The notes under the pieces are model-generated. The model was not told where the DNA came from. It was given only the letters and a program-made list of their open reading frames with translations, and made no database searches. The position numbers and the translations under genes are program-made. Shown here piece after piece: positions 1 to 10,124 of a DNA stretch of 64,000 nucleotides (within the stretch, counting starts at the first letter, position 1; each line of letters opens with the position of its first letter). The DNA comes from Prochlorococcus sp. AG-409-P19 (GTDB lineage Bacteria > Cyanobacteriota > Cyanobacteriia > PCC-6307 > Cyanobiaceae): the NCBI GenBank assembly GCA_003215315.1, contig QCKO01000005.1, positions 23,813-87,812 on the forward strand, in the 5' to 3' direction.

Positions 1-2
1 GA

Positions 3-440
3 TGGGGAAGTAACTGGGGAGAATACTTTGTAAACTTTCGTCTTAAACCACAAATGAAATTAGCTTCAAAATGGGGATTCGATATCAATGAATATCAAAC
101 TTTATTTCCTACACTTGAAGTATTTTTAAACGAACACAAGCCATTACCATCACTGGTTCATGGAGACTTATGGAGCGGAAATATCGCAGTTACAAATAAT
201 AAGGGATGTATTTTTGATCCTGCTTCATATTGGGCAGATAGAGAAGTAGATATAGCGATGACAAAACTTTTCGGTGGCTTTGCCAAGGAATTTTATGAAG
301 GTTATTATTCAACATGGCCTTTGCCAAAAAATTCTGAATCTAGAGAAGATATTTACAATCTATATCACATCCTCAATCACGCTAACCTATTTGGTGGTTC
401 GTATAAAAGTCAAGCTATTAACCTACTGAACAAAATTTAA
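3..440 (+). CDS. Fructosamine kinase family protein (5'-truncated by window edge)
   Basis: Frame is open from position 3. Motifs PSLVHGDLWSGN, IFDPA, DREVDIAMT.LFGGF and YNLYHILNHANLFG are typical of fructosamine-3-kinase-like proteins. Confidence 0.9.
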   Translation, partial: WGSNWGEYFVNFRLKPQMKLASKWGFDINEYQTLFPTLEVFLNEHKPLPSLVHGDLWSGNIAVTNNKGCIFDPASYWADREVDIAMTKLFGGFAKEFYEGYYSTWPLPKNSESREDIYNLYHILNHANLFGGSYKSQAINLLNKI

Positions 441-468
441 GGCTCAATTAAATAATTGAGCCTTAAAT
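435..468. terminator. Bidirectional hairpin terminator between convergent genes
   Basis: 16-bp perfect inverted repeat ATTTAAGGCTCAATTA-aa-TAATTGAGCCTTAAAT overlapping the kinase stop codon. Confidence 0.7.
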
Positions 469-501
469 AAGTCAATGAAAATTCAAATAAATGATGAGAA
501 A

Positions 502-855
502 TTAACCTAAATACTCTTTTCTTAAATTCTGAACTTTGTCAAAAACTGCCGTACGCTTTTCACTAGTAGTAAGGTTCTGCCAACTCCATTGACCTAAAAC
601 AACAACTCCAAGAAGTTCAAGAAGGCCAGGTAAAATTGGGAAAAAGTTGATTGTATCAATAACAACTTTTATTAATACTTGAGCAAGAACTACAACAGCA
701 ATAATGCCTGCAGCTTTTCCATACTTACCCATCTGGGTCCAATCAATTTTACCCAATGTTTCATTGACCCTACCCATCACGTCGCTATAACGTTCAGAGA
801 AGTTCACACCTTCATTGTTTGAGCCTTCTTTAGACTCAGGAGTTACGTCGGACAT
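502..855 (-). CDS. CAAD domain protein (CurT/CURT1-like thylakoid membrane protein)
   Basis: Two hydrophobic helices with IDTINFFPILPGLLELLG..W.NL...EKR, the CAAD signature. ATG at 855 preferred; alternative start at 861. Confidence 0.85.
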   Translation of the reverse strand: MSDVTPESKEGSNNEGVNFSERYSDVMGRVNETLGKIDWTQMGKYGKAAGIIAVVVLAQVLIKVVIDTINFFPILPGLLELLGVVVLGQWSWQNLTTSEKRTAVFDKVQNLRKEYLG

Positions 856-976
856 GACCACAAGCTGCTAAGCGATTTGGGTAGAGCGTATCGAATTAAT
901 CTTTAAAATGCCAGTAGCAAAATAGAGATAATTCCGAACCCAAATAGAGAGTTACCCGAATCTTATCCGTTTTTCT

Positions 977-1474
977 ATGAAAATTCCTGAGTTAATTGAA
1001 TTTCATAGCAACTGCAACACAATACTGTGCAAGAGTTTGAAAGCCGCGTACCCCCATGAAGGTTGTGCACTCTTATTAGGAACAAAGTCTTCAATCACTC
1101 CTTTAAACAATAAAAATATCTGGCAAATTAAATATATTTGGCCTTGTAATAACATCTGGAACTTATTTAAGGTAAAGCTAAATGAACCTAAAAATCAAGG
1201 AAAAAAAATACTTTCCAAAAGCAATCGCTTTACTATTGATCCTAGGGAGCAAATTGCAGCGCAACGTTGGGCACGGGGAAAAGATTATCAAGTGCTAGGT
1301 AGTGCACACTCTCATCCTGAGGGTGGAAACAAGCCTTCCAAAGTTGATCTTGCTTGCCATATAGGACCAGGCTTGATAATTATTATTAATAAAAATGGAT
1401 TTCCAAAAGCTTGGTGGATTTCTAATGAAAAAAGATTTCAACAAGTAGCTATTACTAATTTATCTTTAAGCTAA
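977..1474 (+). CDS. JAB/Mov34 (M67) metallopeptidase, Mec-like
   Basis: YPHEGCALLLG and HSHP-x5-PS-x2-D JAMM motif; lies directly upstream of moeB. Confidence 0.88.
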   Translation: MKIPELIEFHSNCNTILCKSLKAAYPHEGCALLLGTKSSITPLNNKNIWQIKYIWPCNNIWNLFKVKLNEPKNQGKKILSKSNRFTIDPREQIAAQRWARGKDYQVLGSAHSHPEGGNKPSKVDLACHIGPGLIIIINKNGFPKAWWISNEKRFQQVAITNLSLS

Positions 1475-1503
1475 GTAAAAGCTTCTTAAATGAAAGCATT
1501 GAC

Positions 1504-2658
1504 ATGGAAAACATAAGCTATCCAGGATCTGCTCTGAATTCTGAAGAGCTATCAAGATATTCCAGACATCTATCACTACCTGAGATAGGAATCAAAGGTC
1601 AGACAAAAATTAAGTCTAGTTCAGTCCTATGTATTGGTAGTGGTGGTTTAGGTTCCCCATTACTTATTTATCTAGCAGCTGCAGGAGTTGGAAAAATTGG
1701 GATTGTTGATTTTGATGTAGTTGAGTATTCAAACTTACAAAGACAGATCATTCACAATACTGATTCAATCGGCACAAAGAAAACTGAATCATCCAAAGAA
1801 TATCTAAAGAAATTGAATCCTTTTTGTGAGATAGAAATCTTTGAAACTAAGATAAATAAAACAAATGCGCTGGATATCATTAAACGTTTTGACATCATTT
1901 GTGATTGTACAGATAATTTCCCAAGTAGATATTTAATAAATGATGCGTGCGTTATATTAAAAAAGCCAAATATATATGGTTCCGTATCAGGATTTGAAGG
2001 GCAAGCTTCCGTTTTTAATCTCACTGAAGAATCTCCTAATTATAGAGATTTAATACCTAATCCACCTCCTCAGGAGTTAATACCTTCTTGCAATGAAAGG
2101 GGTGTGATAGGAGTACTTCCTGGCATAATTGGTTTAATTCAAGCTACAGAAGCTATCAAAATAATCACAGGTATAGGTCAAACATTAAGTGGAAGACTAT
2201 TAGTTTTCGATGCATTAAAAATGTCATTTAAAGAGCTAAATTTAAAAGTAAATCAAAGCAGATTAAAGATCAAGTCTTTAATTAACTATGATGAATTTTG
2301 CTCAGATGTCGAAAACACAACAGAGAAAGTGAATCAATCTCAATGCAAAAGCATTTCAGCATATGAGCTTATCTTGTTATTAAAATCTTATACCAACAAA
2401 GTAACTATAATAGATGTTCGTCATCATTATGAGTTTATAGAGCAATCTATACCTGGATCAATTTTAATACCGCTTAATGAGATTGAGAATGGAGTTGCGA
2501 AGCAAAAAATTGAAGAAATCAATCCTCACGATGAAATCTATGTATATTGCAAAAGTGGCAGAAGGTCTATCAAGGCAATTAAGTTATTAGAGAAATATGG
2601 TAGACAAGGTATCAATCTCACCGGAGGAATTGATGCATGGAATCAAGAATCAGTATAA
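1504..2658 (+). CDS. moeB: MoeB/MoeZ-type E1-like adenylyltransferase with C-terminal rhodanese domain
   Basis: RYSRH, GSGGLGSP, SNLQRQ, CTDNFPSRY motifs, plus rhodanese CKSGRRS and GGIDAW. Confidence 0.92.
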   Translation: MENISYPGSALNSEELSRYSRHLSLPEIGIKGQTKIKSSSVLCIGSGGLGSPLLIYLAAAGVGKIGIVDFDVVEYSNLQRQIIHNTDSIGTKKTESSKEYLKKLNPFCEIEIFETKINKTNALDIIKRFDIICDCTDNFPSRYLINDACVILKKPNIYGSVSGFEGQASVFNLTEESPNYRDLIPNPPPQELIPSCNERGVIGVLPGIIGLIQATEAIKIITGIGQTLSGRLLVFDALKMSFKELNLKVNQSRLKIKSLINYDEFCSDVENTTEKVNQSQCKSISAYELILLLKSYTNKVTIIDVRHHYEFIEQSIPGSILIPLNEIENGVAKQKIEEINPHDEIYVYCKSGRRSIKAIKLLEKYGRQGINLTGGIDAWNQESV

Positions 2659-2671
2659 ATCAAACTAATAC

Positions 2672-3880
2672 TTAATAATCAACACCTCTCTTTAGATCAA
2701 TACCTTTCTCTGCATAATGCTTATGACACACCATTTCCGAATGAACACTTGCAAGGTCAAAATATGCAGGATGATTTTTACACCTTCCTGTAATAATTAC
2801 CTCAGTTTCTAAAGGCTTACGTAAAAGAGTTTGAACAATCGGTTCTACAGGGAGCAATTCCAAATCTACAGTTGGATTAAGCTCATCAAGAATGACAGTT
2901 TTATATAGCCCACTTGCAATTGCAGCTCTAGCGATTTCCCATGCTCTTTCTGCTTCAACATAATCTATAGGTTCTTGCTGCCCTCTCCAAACTATGGCAT
3001 CTCTCCCTGAACGAAGGTGATCTACAAGATGAGGGTAACTTTCTCTTAAGGCTGCAATTGCTGCATCCTCCGTATAACCACTACCACCTTTTAACCATTG
3101 CAAAATTAATACTCGATGACTTTTATCTTGGCTAATACCCCTACCAATAGCTTGCAATGCCTTCCCAAGTGCACTAGTGGACTTACCTTTCCCTTCTCCT
3201 GTATAAATCTCAATTCCATCAGTATTGCTTACCAAGTAAGGACCTGTTTCATGTACCTTAGGACGACGATGGGCCCTCATCTCTGAATGAAGCTGAGCGA
3301 CGTCAATCAAGTCTCTTGGCGCGGCTCTACCTGTGACTATGATTTCCATTCCTTGCGGCCTTGCAAGAAGAGTTTTAACAACTTCTGCAACTTTAAGTAA
3401 GCCTAAATCTAAAACAGGATTCAACTCATCTAACACAACCACTGAATAAAGAGCACTTGCAATAGCTCCCTTAGCAATATCCCAACCTCTTTGAGCCTCT
3501 TGTAAATCAAACTTGGTAACCTCTTCAGATGTAAAGAATTCACCTCTACCAGTTCTCACTTGGTCAATCAGGTGAGGGAAACCTTGTTGTAAAGCATCAA
3601 TAGCGGCATCTTCGTCATAAGAACGACCAGGACCTTTCAAAAATCTCAACAAAAGCACTCTTGTTTGCTTTGTTTCACAAATCCCCAAGCCTATAGTCCT
3701 CAAAACAACTCCTAAGGCTGCTTGACTTTTACCCTTGCCTTCTCCGTCATAAATATGTAATTGCCCAAGACTCCTCTCTTCGCTATCAGAAGCAGTTGTT
3801 ATTCCGATACCAGTGAATTTCGCCTTGGATAAAGTCGATTGTTTTTTCTGCAACTTAACCCCATCTTGATTAGAGGCCAT
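2672..3880 (-). CDS. cobO: Cob(I)yrinic acid a,c-diamide adenosyltransferase (tandem CobA/BtuR domains)
   Basis: Two copies of IY.GEGKGKS...LDELNP...I.TGR...SEM, ending RGVDY. Start could be 3880 or 3892. Confidence 0.9.
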   Translation of the reverse strand: MASNQDGVKLQKKQSTLSKAKFTGIGITTASDSEERSLGQLHIYDGEGKGKSQAALGVVLRTIGLGICETKQTRVLLLRFLKGPGRSYDEDAAIDALQQGFPHLIDQVRTGRGEFFTSEEVTKFDLQEAQRGWDIAKGAIASALYSVVVLDELNPVLDLGLLKVAEVVKTLLARPQGMEIIVTGRAAPRDLIDVAQLHSEMRAHRRPKVHETGPYLVSNTDGIEIYTGEGKGKSTSALGKALQAIGRGISQDKSHRVLILQWLKGGSGYTEDAAIAALRESYPHLVDHLRSGRDAIVWRGQQEPIDYVEAERAWEIARAAIASGLYKTVILDELNPTVDLELLPVEPIVQTLLRKPLETEVIITGRCKNHPAYFDLASVHSEMVCHKHYAEKGIDLKRGVDY

Positions 3881-3954
3881 AGAATTATGCAATTACGATT
3901 AGAGCTTAACCAGCTCATGAGCTAAACCAAGAAATCATTGAAATTGCAACAGAA

Positions 3955-4794
3955 GTGTTCCTAAGTCAACTCGAGCCTTTAACTGGCTCACAACAAAAAC
4001 AATTAACTTTGTTGAGGTCTTATATCAAGGGCCTTCAGAAAGTATGTATTGCATATTCAGGAGGGGTCGATAGTTCGCTTGTAGCAACCATTGCTTATGA
4101 GCAACTAAAGCAGAATGCATTTACTATTACTGGCGTTTCAGCCTCCCTCGCCCCGCACTTATTATTAGAAGCACGCCAACAAGCTTCCTGGATTGGTATT
4201 CGTCATAAAGAATGCCAAACCAATGAACTGCTTAATCCCTCTTATTACAAAAATCCAGAAAACAGATGCTTCACATGCAAAAAAATTCTACATAAGCATT
4301 TAAAAGCAGTAGCCAAAAATGCAGATAATTCAATAGTTATAGATGGAGTAAATTATGATGATCTAGCAGAATATAGGCCTGGAATTGATGCCTCAAAAAA
4401 AGCTGGGGTTAGATCGCCCTTAGCTGAACTAAAAATTACTAAAGCCACAATTAGAGATATCTCGAGAGCTTTAGGACTCCCTTGGTGGGACAAACCTGCA
4501 CAACCTTGCTTAGCCTCGAGGATTCCTTATGGAGAAGAAATTAAGCAACAAAGACTTGAACAAATAGCAAAGGCTGAAAAATGGATAATTAATAAAGGAT
4601 TCTCACAAGTAAGGGTCCGCAGTCAAGGATTATCAAGTAAAATTGAAATTCCTGCTGAGGAAATTCATATTTTTATGCAAAGAATAAATTTCAACGAAAT
4701 TGTAGAGTTCTTTAAATCAATTGGGTTCAATTCTGTAAGCATTGACTTAGAAGGCCTAGTTAGTGGCAAACTAAATAGAGATATAGAGATATAA
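3955..4794 (+). CDS. larE: LarE-family ATP-dependent sulfur insertase (PP-loop)
   Basis: AYSGGVDSS PP-loop, NRCFTCK, DG.NYDD..YRPG and WDKPAQPCLASRIPYG. Confidence 0.9.
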   Translation: MFLSQLEPLTGSQQKQLTLLRSYIKGLQKVCIAYSGGVDSSLVATIAYEQLKQNAFTITGVSASLAPHLLLEARQQASWIGIRHKECQTNELLNPSYYKNPENRCFTCKKILHKHLKAVAKNADNSIVIDGVNYDDLAEYRPGIDASKKAGVRSPLAELKITKATIRDISRALGLPWWDKPAQPCLASRIPYGEEIKQQRLEQIAKAEKWIINKGFSQVRVRSQGLSSKIEIPAEEIHIFMQRINFNEIVEFFKSIGFNSVSIDLEGLVSGKLNRDIEI

Positions 4795-4856
4795 ATAATT
4801 CTTTTGGTATTCTCTGTCAAATTTTAATAACAAAGAAAGAAGATTTATCTGTAGTT

Positions 4857-5333
4857 TTAAGACGATAGTGGCTTCCTTACAACATTCGATAATTGACTTG
4901 GAATTTCTCTTTGAATAAATTTAACGAGAGCCCTTTCAGCAAGAAACTCCTGCCTTAATAGTTTACAAGCATCATAAGGTAACGTGTGATGGCCACAAGT
5001 GAACACGTCAATAGCTGCATAACGAAGTTCAGGCCATGTATGAATAGAAATATGGGATTCTGCTAGCAATGCCAAGCCAGTCACTCCATGAGGCTCAAAT
5101 CTATGGGTCATTAAATTAAGGAGTGTCGCACCAGCAATCTTGGCAGACGTGTTAATAGTGGTTCGAACAAAAGCTTCATCATTTAACTTCACCTTATCGC
5201 AATCATAAAGTTCTAATAAGAAATGCTTACCAATATTTTTGGCAGAATGTAACTCCCAAGATTCAGAAGTTTCATTTCCTCTAATCTCATTCCATCCAGG
5301 ATTAGGATGCAAACAGGGGCCAATGTTTTCCAT
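4857..5333 (-). CDS. speD: S-adenosylmethionine decarboxylase proenzyme
   Basis: [26 protein letters not shown] (E/S pyruvoyl cleavage site) and DVFTCG. Confidence 0.93.
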   Translation of the reverse strand: MENIGPCLHPNPGWNEIRGNETSESWELHSAKNIGKHFLLELYDCDKVKLNDEAFVRTTINTSAKIAGATLLNLMTHRFEPHGVTGLALLAESHISIHTWPELRYAAIDVFTCGHHTLPYDACKLLRQEFLAERALVKFIQREIPSQLSNVVRKPLSS

Positions 5334-5374
5334 GTTCTAAAAGAAGTGATTGATACATTAACCGACCCGATGCT

Positions 5375-6475
5375 TCAAGTTAAAGACTCTAATTTGACTA
5401 ATTGAGAGTTAGTTTGCCAATTCCCCTCAAAAGCTTCCAAATGAGTTGCACTAATCAAACACTGATGCTTTTCCCCTACAGCATCCAATAACATTAACTG
5501 TCGACAAGGATCTAATTCAGCCAAGACATCATCTAAAAGAAGGATTGGTGGTTCTCCATGAAGATTATCCATTAACTCCAGCTCTGCCAACTTCAATGCT
5601 AGAACAATTGTGCGTTGTTGACCGGCAGATCCAAAACGTCGAGCCTCTACACCATTGATTAAAAAAGATACCTCATCACGGTGAGGTCCGACTCTACAAC
5701 TTCCTATTTTTTCTTCTTCTACTCGTTGATCTAATAATTGCTTTTCAATAGATTTTCTCCATAACAATTCATCTTCTTCTTCTTCAAGGTTGCTACCTGG
5801 TATATATTTAATATCAAGAGCTTCCTTACCACTACTAAGATGTTGTTGCCATATCGCGGCAAGAGGTTGTAGATGACGCATCATACGGCTACGTCGTCTA
5901 TGAATACGTGTACTTACCAAAGCCATCTGAATATCAAAAGCATCTAAAATATTATTTCGTTCATGACTAGAGACATCTCCGAACTTCTTCCATAGCTGAC
6001 TCCGTTGCCTCACTAATCTGCCGAATCTACTGATTAGGTCAGCATATATAGGTTCCAATTGCTGAACTACTCGATCAAGCCAAATTCTGCGTAGTGAAGG
6101 TTCGCCTCTAATTAAATCCAGGTCCAGCGAACTAAAGCCTACGCATCTTATTGGACCAATTAAGTCAATATGTCGAGACAGAGGATTACCATTTTTGAAA
6201 GCTCTGCGACCACCCTTCCTTCTTAATTCTAAAGATAAAGTTTCTTCATGGTTTGTTATAGCAGTCAATACAGAATGATCTTCCCCCCAAAGAATCAGAT
6301 CTTGATCTTTACTTGAGCGATGAGAACGAAGACTACCAAGAAGTTCTACAGCCTCTAGAAAGTTAGACTTGCCAATACCATTAGGACCTATGACTATGAG
6401 ACGATTTGCAGTCACCTCAAATTGAAGCCGTCTATAATTACGGAAGGATTGCAGATCTAACTGTTGAAGAAGAAT
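5375..6475 (-). CDS. recF: DNA replication/repair protein RecF (start extended to probable ATT at 6475)
   Basis: GPNGIGKSN Walker [23 protein letters not shown]. The conserved N-terminal FRNY motif lies in frame upstream of the track's GTG at 6415. Confidence 0.93.
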   Translation of the reverse strand: MLLQQLDLQSFRNYRRLQFEVTANRLIVIGPNGIGKSNFLEAVELLGSLRSHRSSKDQDLILWGEDHSVLTAITNHEETLSLELRRKGGRRAFKNGNPLSRHIDLIGPIRCVGFSSLDLDLIRGEPSLRRIWLDRVVQQLEPIYADLISRFGRLVRQRSQLWKKFGDVSSHERNNILDAFDIQMALVSTRIHRRRSRMMRHLQPLAAIWQQHLSSGKEALDIKYIPGSNLEEEEDELLWRKSIEKQLLDQRVEEEKIGSCRVGPHRDEVSFLINGVEARRFGSAGQQRTIVLALKLAELELMDNLHGEPPILLLDDVLAELDPCRQLMLLDAVGEKHQCLISATHLEAFEGNWQTNSQLVKLESLT

Positions 6476-6555
6476 CTTTCTTGAAGCAATCTATTTGTAA
6501 GCTATTTTACTGAGGTATCAGCTTTTTACCGTATTTAACGGTATTTTGCTGTTTT

Positions 6556-6629
6556 GGGCATGTAGCTCAGTTGGATAGAGCATCAGATTCCGGTTCTGAG
6601 AGTCGGGGGTTCGAGTCCCTCCATGCTCG
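6556..6629 (+). tRNA. tRNA-Arg(CCG)
   Basis: Acceptor GGGCATG/CATGCTC, D-arm TAGCTCAGTTGGATAGAGC, anticodon stem TCAGA-TTCCGGT-TCTGA, T-loop GTTCGAGTCC. Confidence 0.97.
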
Positions 6630-6641
6630 TAAATAGGCGAA

Positions 6642-7094
6642 CTATCTCAAATGAAACCCCATTGTCCTAATTCCATTAGGATTTATTAAAAAACCATTGT
6701 CCTCTAATGCTTTAATAGCAATTGAAGGAGCTGCAACAGAGATGCTACATCCTGGCATCTCACGCTTTATTATTTCTAGGGCTTTCGCAACAAGTACTCT
6801 AATAAGTATATCTTGAATATCTCCTGGCTCCGCTACAAGATCCCATAAATTAGCATTCAATCCTTTATCACTTGTAACTCTTACAAAACCAACTAATTTT
6901 TGTTGCTCTTCTCGAAAAATTGTCAAATAAAAATCACTATTCTCCAAAGCAGAAGCCAGCCTAGATTCCTGATGAGTTTCTAAATTAGATTTGGATAATA
7001 ATCTATTAAGGTCTTGTGGAGAAACAAATTCACCTCGAACAATTGAATAACCATCGGGTAATGTTGAAAAGTTTTGAGAGTTAAACAAAAGCAC
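6642..7094 (-). CDS. GNAT-family N-acetyltransferase (Ycf52-like)
   Basis: LVGFVRVTSDKGLNANLWDLVAEP motif; downstream of ppc. Confidence 0.8.
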   Translation of the reverse strand: MLLFNSQNFSTLPDGYSIVRGEFVSPQDLNRLLSKSNLETHQESRLASALENSDFYLTIFREEQQKLVGFVRVTSDKGLNANLWDLVAEPGDIQDILIRVLVAKALEIIKREMPGCSISVAAPSIAIKALEDNGFLINPNGIRTMGFHLR

Positions 7095-7097
7095 CTT

Positions 7098-10000
7098 TCA
7101 CCCTGTATTCCTCATTCCTGCTGCGATTCCATTAATGGTCAACAATGCTCCACGTAATAATTCGCTACGGCTATATGTCCTCCCAGCGTCGCCTGAAATG
7201 GATGCACTCTCACTAATAGGAGGTTGACGATTTTGATCGCGTAAACGTTTCAAAAGGGCTACCTGTAGAAAACCTAAAGGTACGATAGTTCGATTCCGAA
7301 GATTTACGGACAATTGCAAACCAGGATCAGCACTTAACAGTTTAGATTTTCCAGTAATTTCTAAGATTAATTTTTTTGTCAAGCTATATTCATCAGCAAT
7401 GGTTTCAAAAATACAATTAAAAGCTTCGTTATTTTCAGCACTACCTAAACTAGAGACATAGTGATGAGCAACATCTAAGTCAACTTTTGATAGAGTCATC
7501 TCTACTTTTGAGATCAACATGCGGAAAAATGGCCAGCGTTGATTTAACATCCGTAATAACTCGATTTGATCTTCATCTGATCTCAACTCATGAGACAAAG
7601 CTGTTCCAACACCAAACCAACTAGGAAGTAAAAATCGACTTTGAGTCCAACCAAAAACCCATGGAATAGCGCGGAGACTTGACAAATCTTTTGCACCACT
7701 TTTTCTACGTGCTGGACGGCTTGAAATTTGTAGCTTGCTAATTTCTTCTATGGGGGTAATTTCTTGAAAAAAAGCAACTAATTCAGGGTTCTCATATACC
7801 AGCCGTCTGTAATGTTCTCGTGACCGTGCCGCAAGCCTGGTCATTAATTCATTCCAACTTGGGGTTGCATCTAGTTTATTAGTAACCAAGCTATTCTGAA
7901 GTACTGCCGTTGTAACAGTTTCAAGATTATACAAGGCTAGTTCAGGAAGACTATATTTGGAAGCTAGAACTTCTCCCTGCTCTGTGATTTTAATTCTCCC
8001 TTGAAGTGTTCCACTGGGTTGAGCCAAAATAGCCTGATAAGCTGGTCCGCCTCCCCTCCCCACTGAACCTCCACGGCCATGAAAGAGACGTAAAGCAATG
8101 CCTTGACGACTTGCAAGATCTTGAAGTGCTATTTGAGCTTTATGTATTTCCCAATTACTTGAAAGAAAGCCTGAATCTTTATTGCTATCTGAATAGCCGA
8201 GCATTAGCTCTTGCAATGGTTGTGCTTTTTCGCCCACGCAAGGCAATAGATCACGATATAGATCTTTCTGAAGCAAAGACTCCATGACGGCAGGTGCTCG
8301 CTGTAAGTCCTCAACTGTCTCAAACAAAGGAACAACTAATAAATCAGCTGTGTTCGATCCGGGCTGGATTAAACCCGATTCTTTTGCTAATAAAAGAACT
8401 TCCAAAAGATCGGAAGCAGTATGACTCATCGAAATGACATATGAACGACAAATACGACTACCAAACTCTTGCTGTAGTCTATGCAACATGTGAAAAACAG
8501 ATAATGTTTCTTCAGTAGGTTGTGACCATGGAACTGACGAAGGAATTAAAGGTCTACGAGTTTGTAATTCCTTGATCAACCATTGAACTCTCTCTTCTTC
8601 TTCCATGTCTTCGTAAGACTTCTGTAGCTTTAAATATTGAGTCAACTCACCTAAGGCATCACTATGTCTTGTACTTTCTTGACGAATATCCAAACTAGCT
8701 AATGAAAAACCAAAGATATGAACCTGATTCAACAAAGTATCTAAAGGTTCACATGTCAATCCTGTACTCACCAAGCTATTTCGTAATAACTCGAGTTCAC
8801 TTCTAAATTCTTCAACTGATCCATAGTGAAGTGGCTCACTAAGACTGTTAACCTGATCTAAAGGAGTCAATCCTTCCGAAGAAGATTGCCACCCAGCATC
8901 AGCAAGTTGTTTATTACGTTGCTGTGTAAGCTTCAATCTCTCTAAGGTGTAACTTAATTTCAATCGGTAAGGCTCTAATCGATATCGAGCGGCTCTTTCT
9001 TCATATACTTCAGGGAAACGTACTCGATCCATTTCCAAAGACTCAAGCAATGGAGAGCTGACTTGACTCCATTGCATGCTGATGCTCAATTGATCTCTAA
9101 GATCTTGAACCGATTTAATATATCTCTCAAGCATCAATTGTCTTTGATAACAAGCAGTTCTCCAAGTTATTTCAGGAGTCACGGAAGGGTTACCATCTCT
9201 ATCAGAACCTACCCATGAACCAAAAGTACAAAAAGCTTCTTGAGGTATTTCTACATCTGGGTAACTAGTTTCCAAAGCCAAAGTGAGTCGTCTTCGTAAT
9301 TGAGGCATTGCATCAAACAAAACCTGCTGAAAGTAATGCAGTGCATAGTCGACCTCATCAAGAACTGTTGGCTTAAACTGATGCAATTCGTCAGTACGCC
9401 ACCACAATCGAATTTCTTCTTCTAGTTGAAGTCTGAGGTTTTCTTTTTCAACCTCAGAGATCGACGAATTAGACTGAAGTTGCTGTAACAAACTTGCCAC
9501 TCTTGTTTGCTTATGGCGAACAGTGTGTCTAACAATTTCCGTCGGATGGGCGGTAAAAACAAGCCGAATATCCATTTCTCTCAGTAATGCTTCGAGTTGT
9601 GCTGGTGGAACATTTAAACTGCGAAGGCGCTCGAAAAGTTCTCTAAAAGTGGCTGGCGCTGTCTGACGAACTAAAGCTGGAGCAAAAGGATCTAATCCAT
9701 CATTTGATTGATCTTTATGACTTCTGCTCATACTTTCTAAATAACTATCTTCCTCTATTCGTTGCTCAAGAATGTTAACAAGTTGAAAATAAAGTGAAAA
9801 TGCCCTTGCAGCTGAAATCGCCTCAGCTAAATCCATCTCTCGAATCAATTGAACGATTTCATAGGAGAACTTCTTGGGTTGGAAGTCCTCAAAGTTTTTA
9901 GGATCACTAAGCTGTTTTAGTCTTAAAAGGCGCTCAGCTTGTTCTAAAGGGCATTCACTCCTGAGAACGGTTTGCCAAAGGTCTTCAACTAATTCAAGTC

Positions 10001-10124
10001 TTTGCTGTAATAAACGCCCAGCATCTGGATCCCCGACAACCGCTTTAGAGATTTCAGGAGTGCTTGTTTGAGAAGATTGATGAACCATATTCCTATTATG
10101 AGGCTGTTTTATAGACTTAGTCAT
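7098..10124 (-). CDS. ppc: Phosphoenolpyruvate carboxylase
   Basis: [49 protein letters not shown] and terminal [10 protein letters not shown]. Confidence 0.98.
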   Translation of the reverse strand: MTKSIKQPHNRNMVHQSSQTSTPEISKAVVGDPDAGRLLQQRLELVEDLWQTVLRSECPLEQAERLLRLKQLSDPKNFEDFQPKKFSYEIVQLIREMDLAEAISAARAFSLYFQLVNILEQRIEEDSYLESMSRSHKDQSNDGLDPFAPALVRQTAPATFRELFERLRSLNVPPAQLEALLREMDIRLVFTAHPTEIVRHTVRHKQTRVASLLQQLQSNSSISEVEKENLRLQLEEEIRLWWRTDELHQFKPTVLDEVDYALHYFQQVLFDAMPQLRRRLTLALETSYPDVEIPQEAFCTFGSWVGSDRDGNPSVTPEITWRTACYQRQLMLERYIKSVQDLRDQLSISMQWSQVSSPLLESLEMDRVRFPEVYEERAARYRLEPYRLKLSYTLERLKLTQQRNKQLADAGWQSSSEGLTPLDQVNSLSEPLHYGSVEEFRSELELLRNSLVSTGLTCEPLDTLLNQVHIFGFSLASLDIRQESTRHSDALGELTQYLKLQKSYEDMEEEERVQWLIKELQTRRPLIPSSVPWSQPTEETLSVFHMLHRLQQEFGSRICRSYVISMSHTASDLLEVLLLAKESGLIQPGSNTADLLVVPLFETVEDLQRAPAVMESLLQKDLYRDLLPCVGEKAQPLQELMLGYSDSNKDSGFLSSNWEIHKAQIALQDLASRQGIALRLFHGRGGSVGRGGGPAYQAILAQPSGTLQGRIKITEQGEVLASKYSLPELALYNLETVTTAVLQNSLVTNKLDATPSWNELMTRLAARSREHYRRLVYENPELVAFFQEITPIEEISKLQISSRPARRKSGAKDLSSLRAIPWVFGWTQSRFLLPSWFGVGTALSHELRSDEDQIELLRMLNQRWPFFRMLISKVEMTLSKVDLDVAHHYVSSLGSAENNEAFNCIFETIADEYSLTKKLILEITGKSKLLSADPGLQLSVNLRNRTIVPLGFLQVALLKRLRDQNRQPPISESASISGDAGRTYSRSELLRGALLTINGIAAGMRNTG

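Noticed and set aside
6497-6510. GTA-N8-TAC (NtcA-like) upstream of recF
   Set aside because: A six-base match is common by chance in AT-rich DNA, and there is no TAN3T -10 box at the activating distance.
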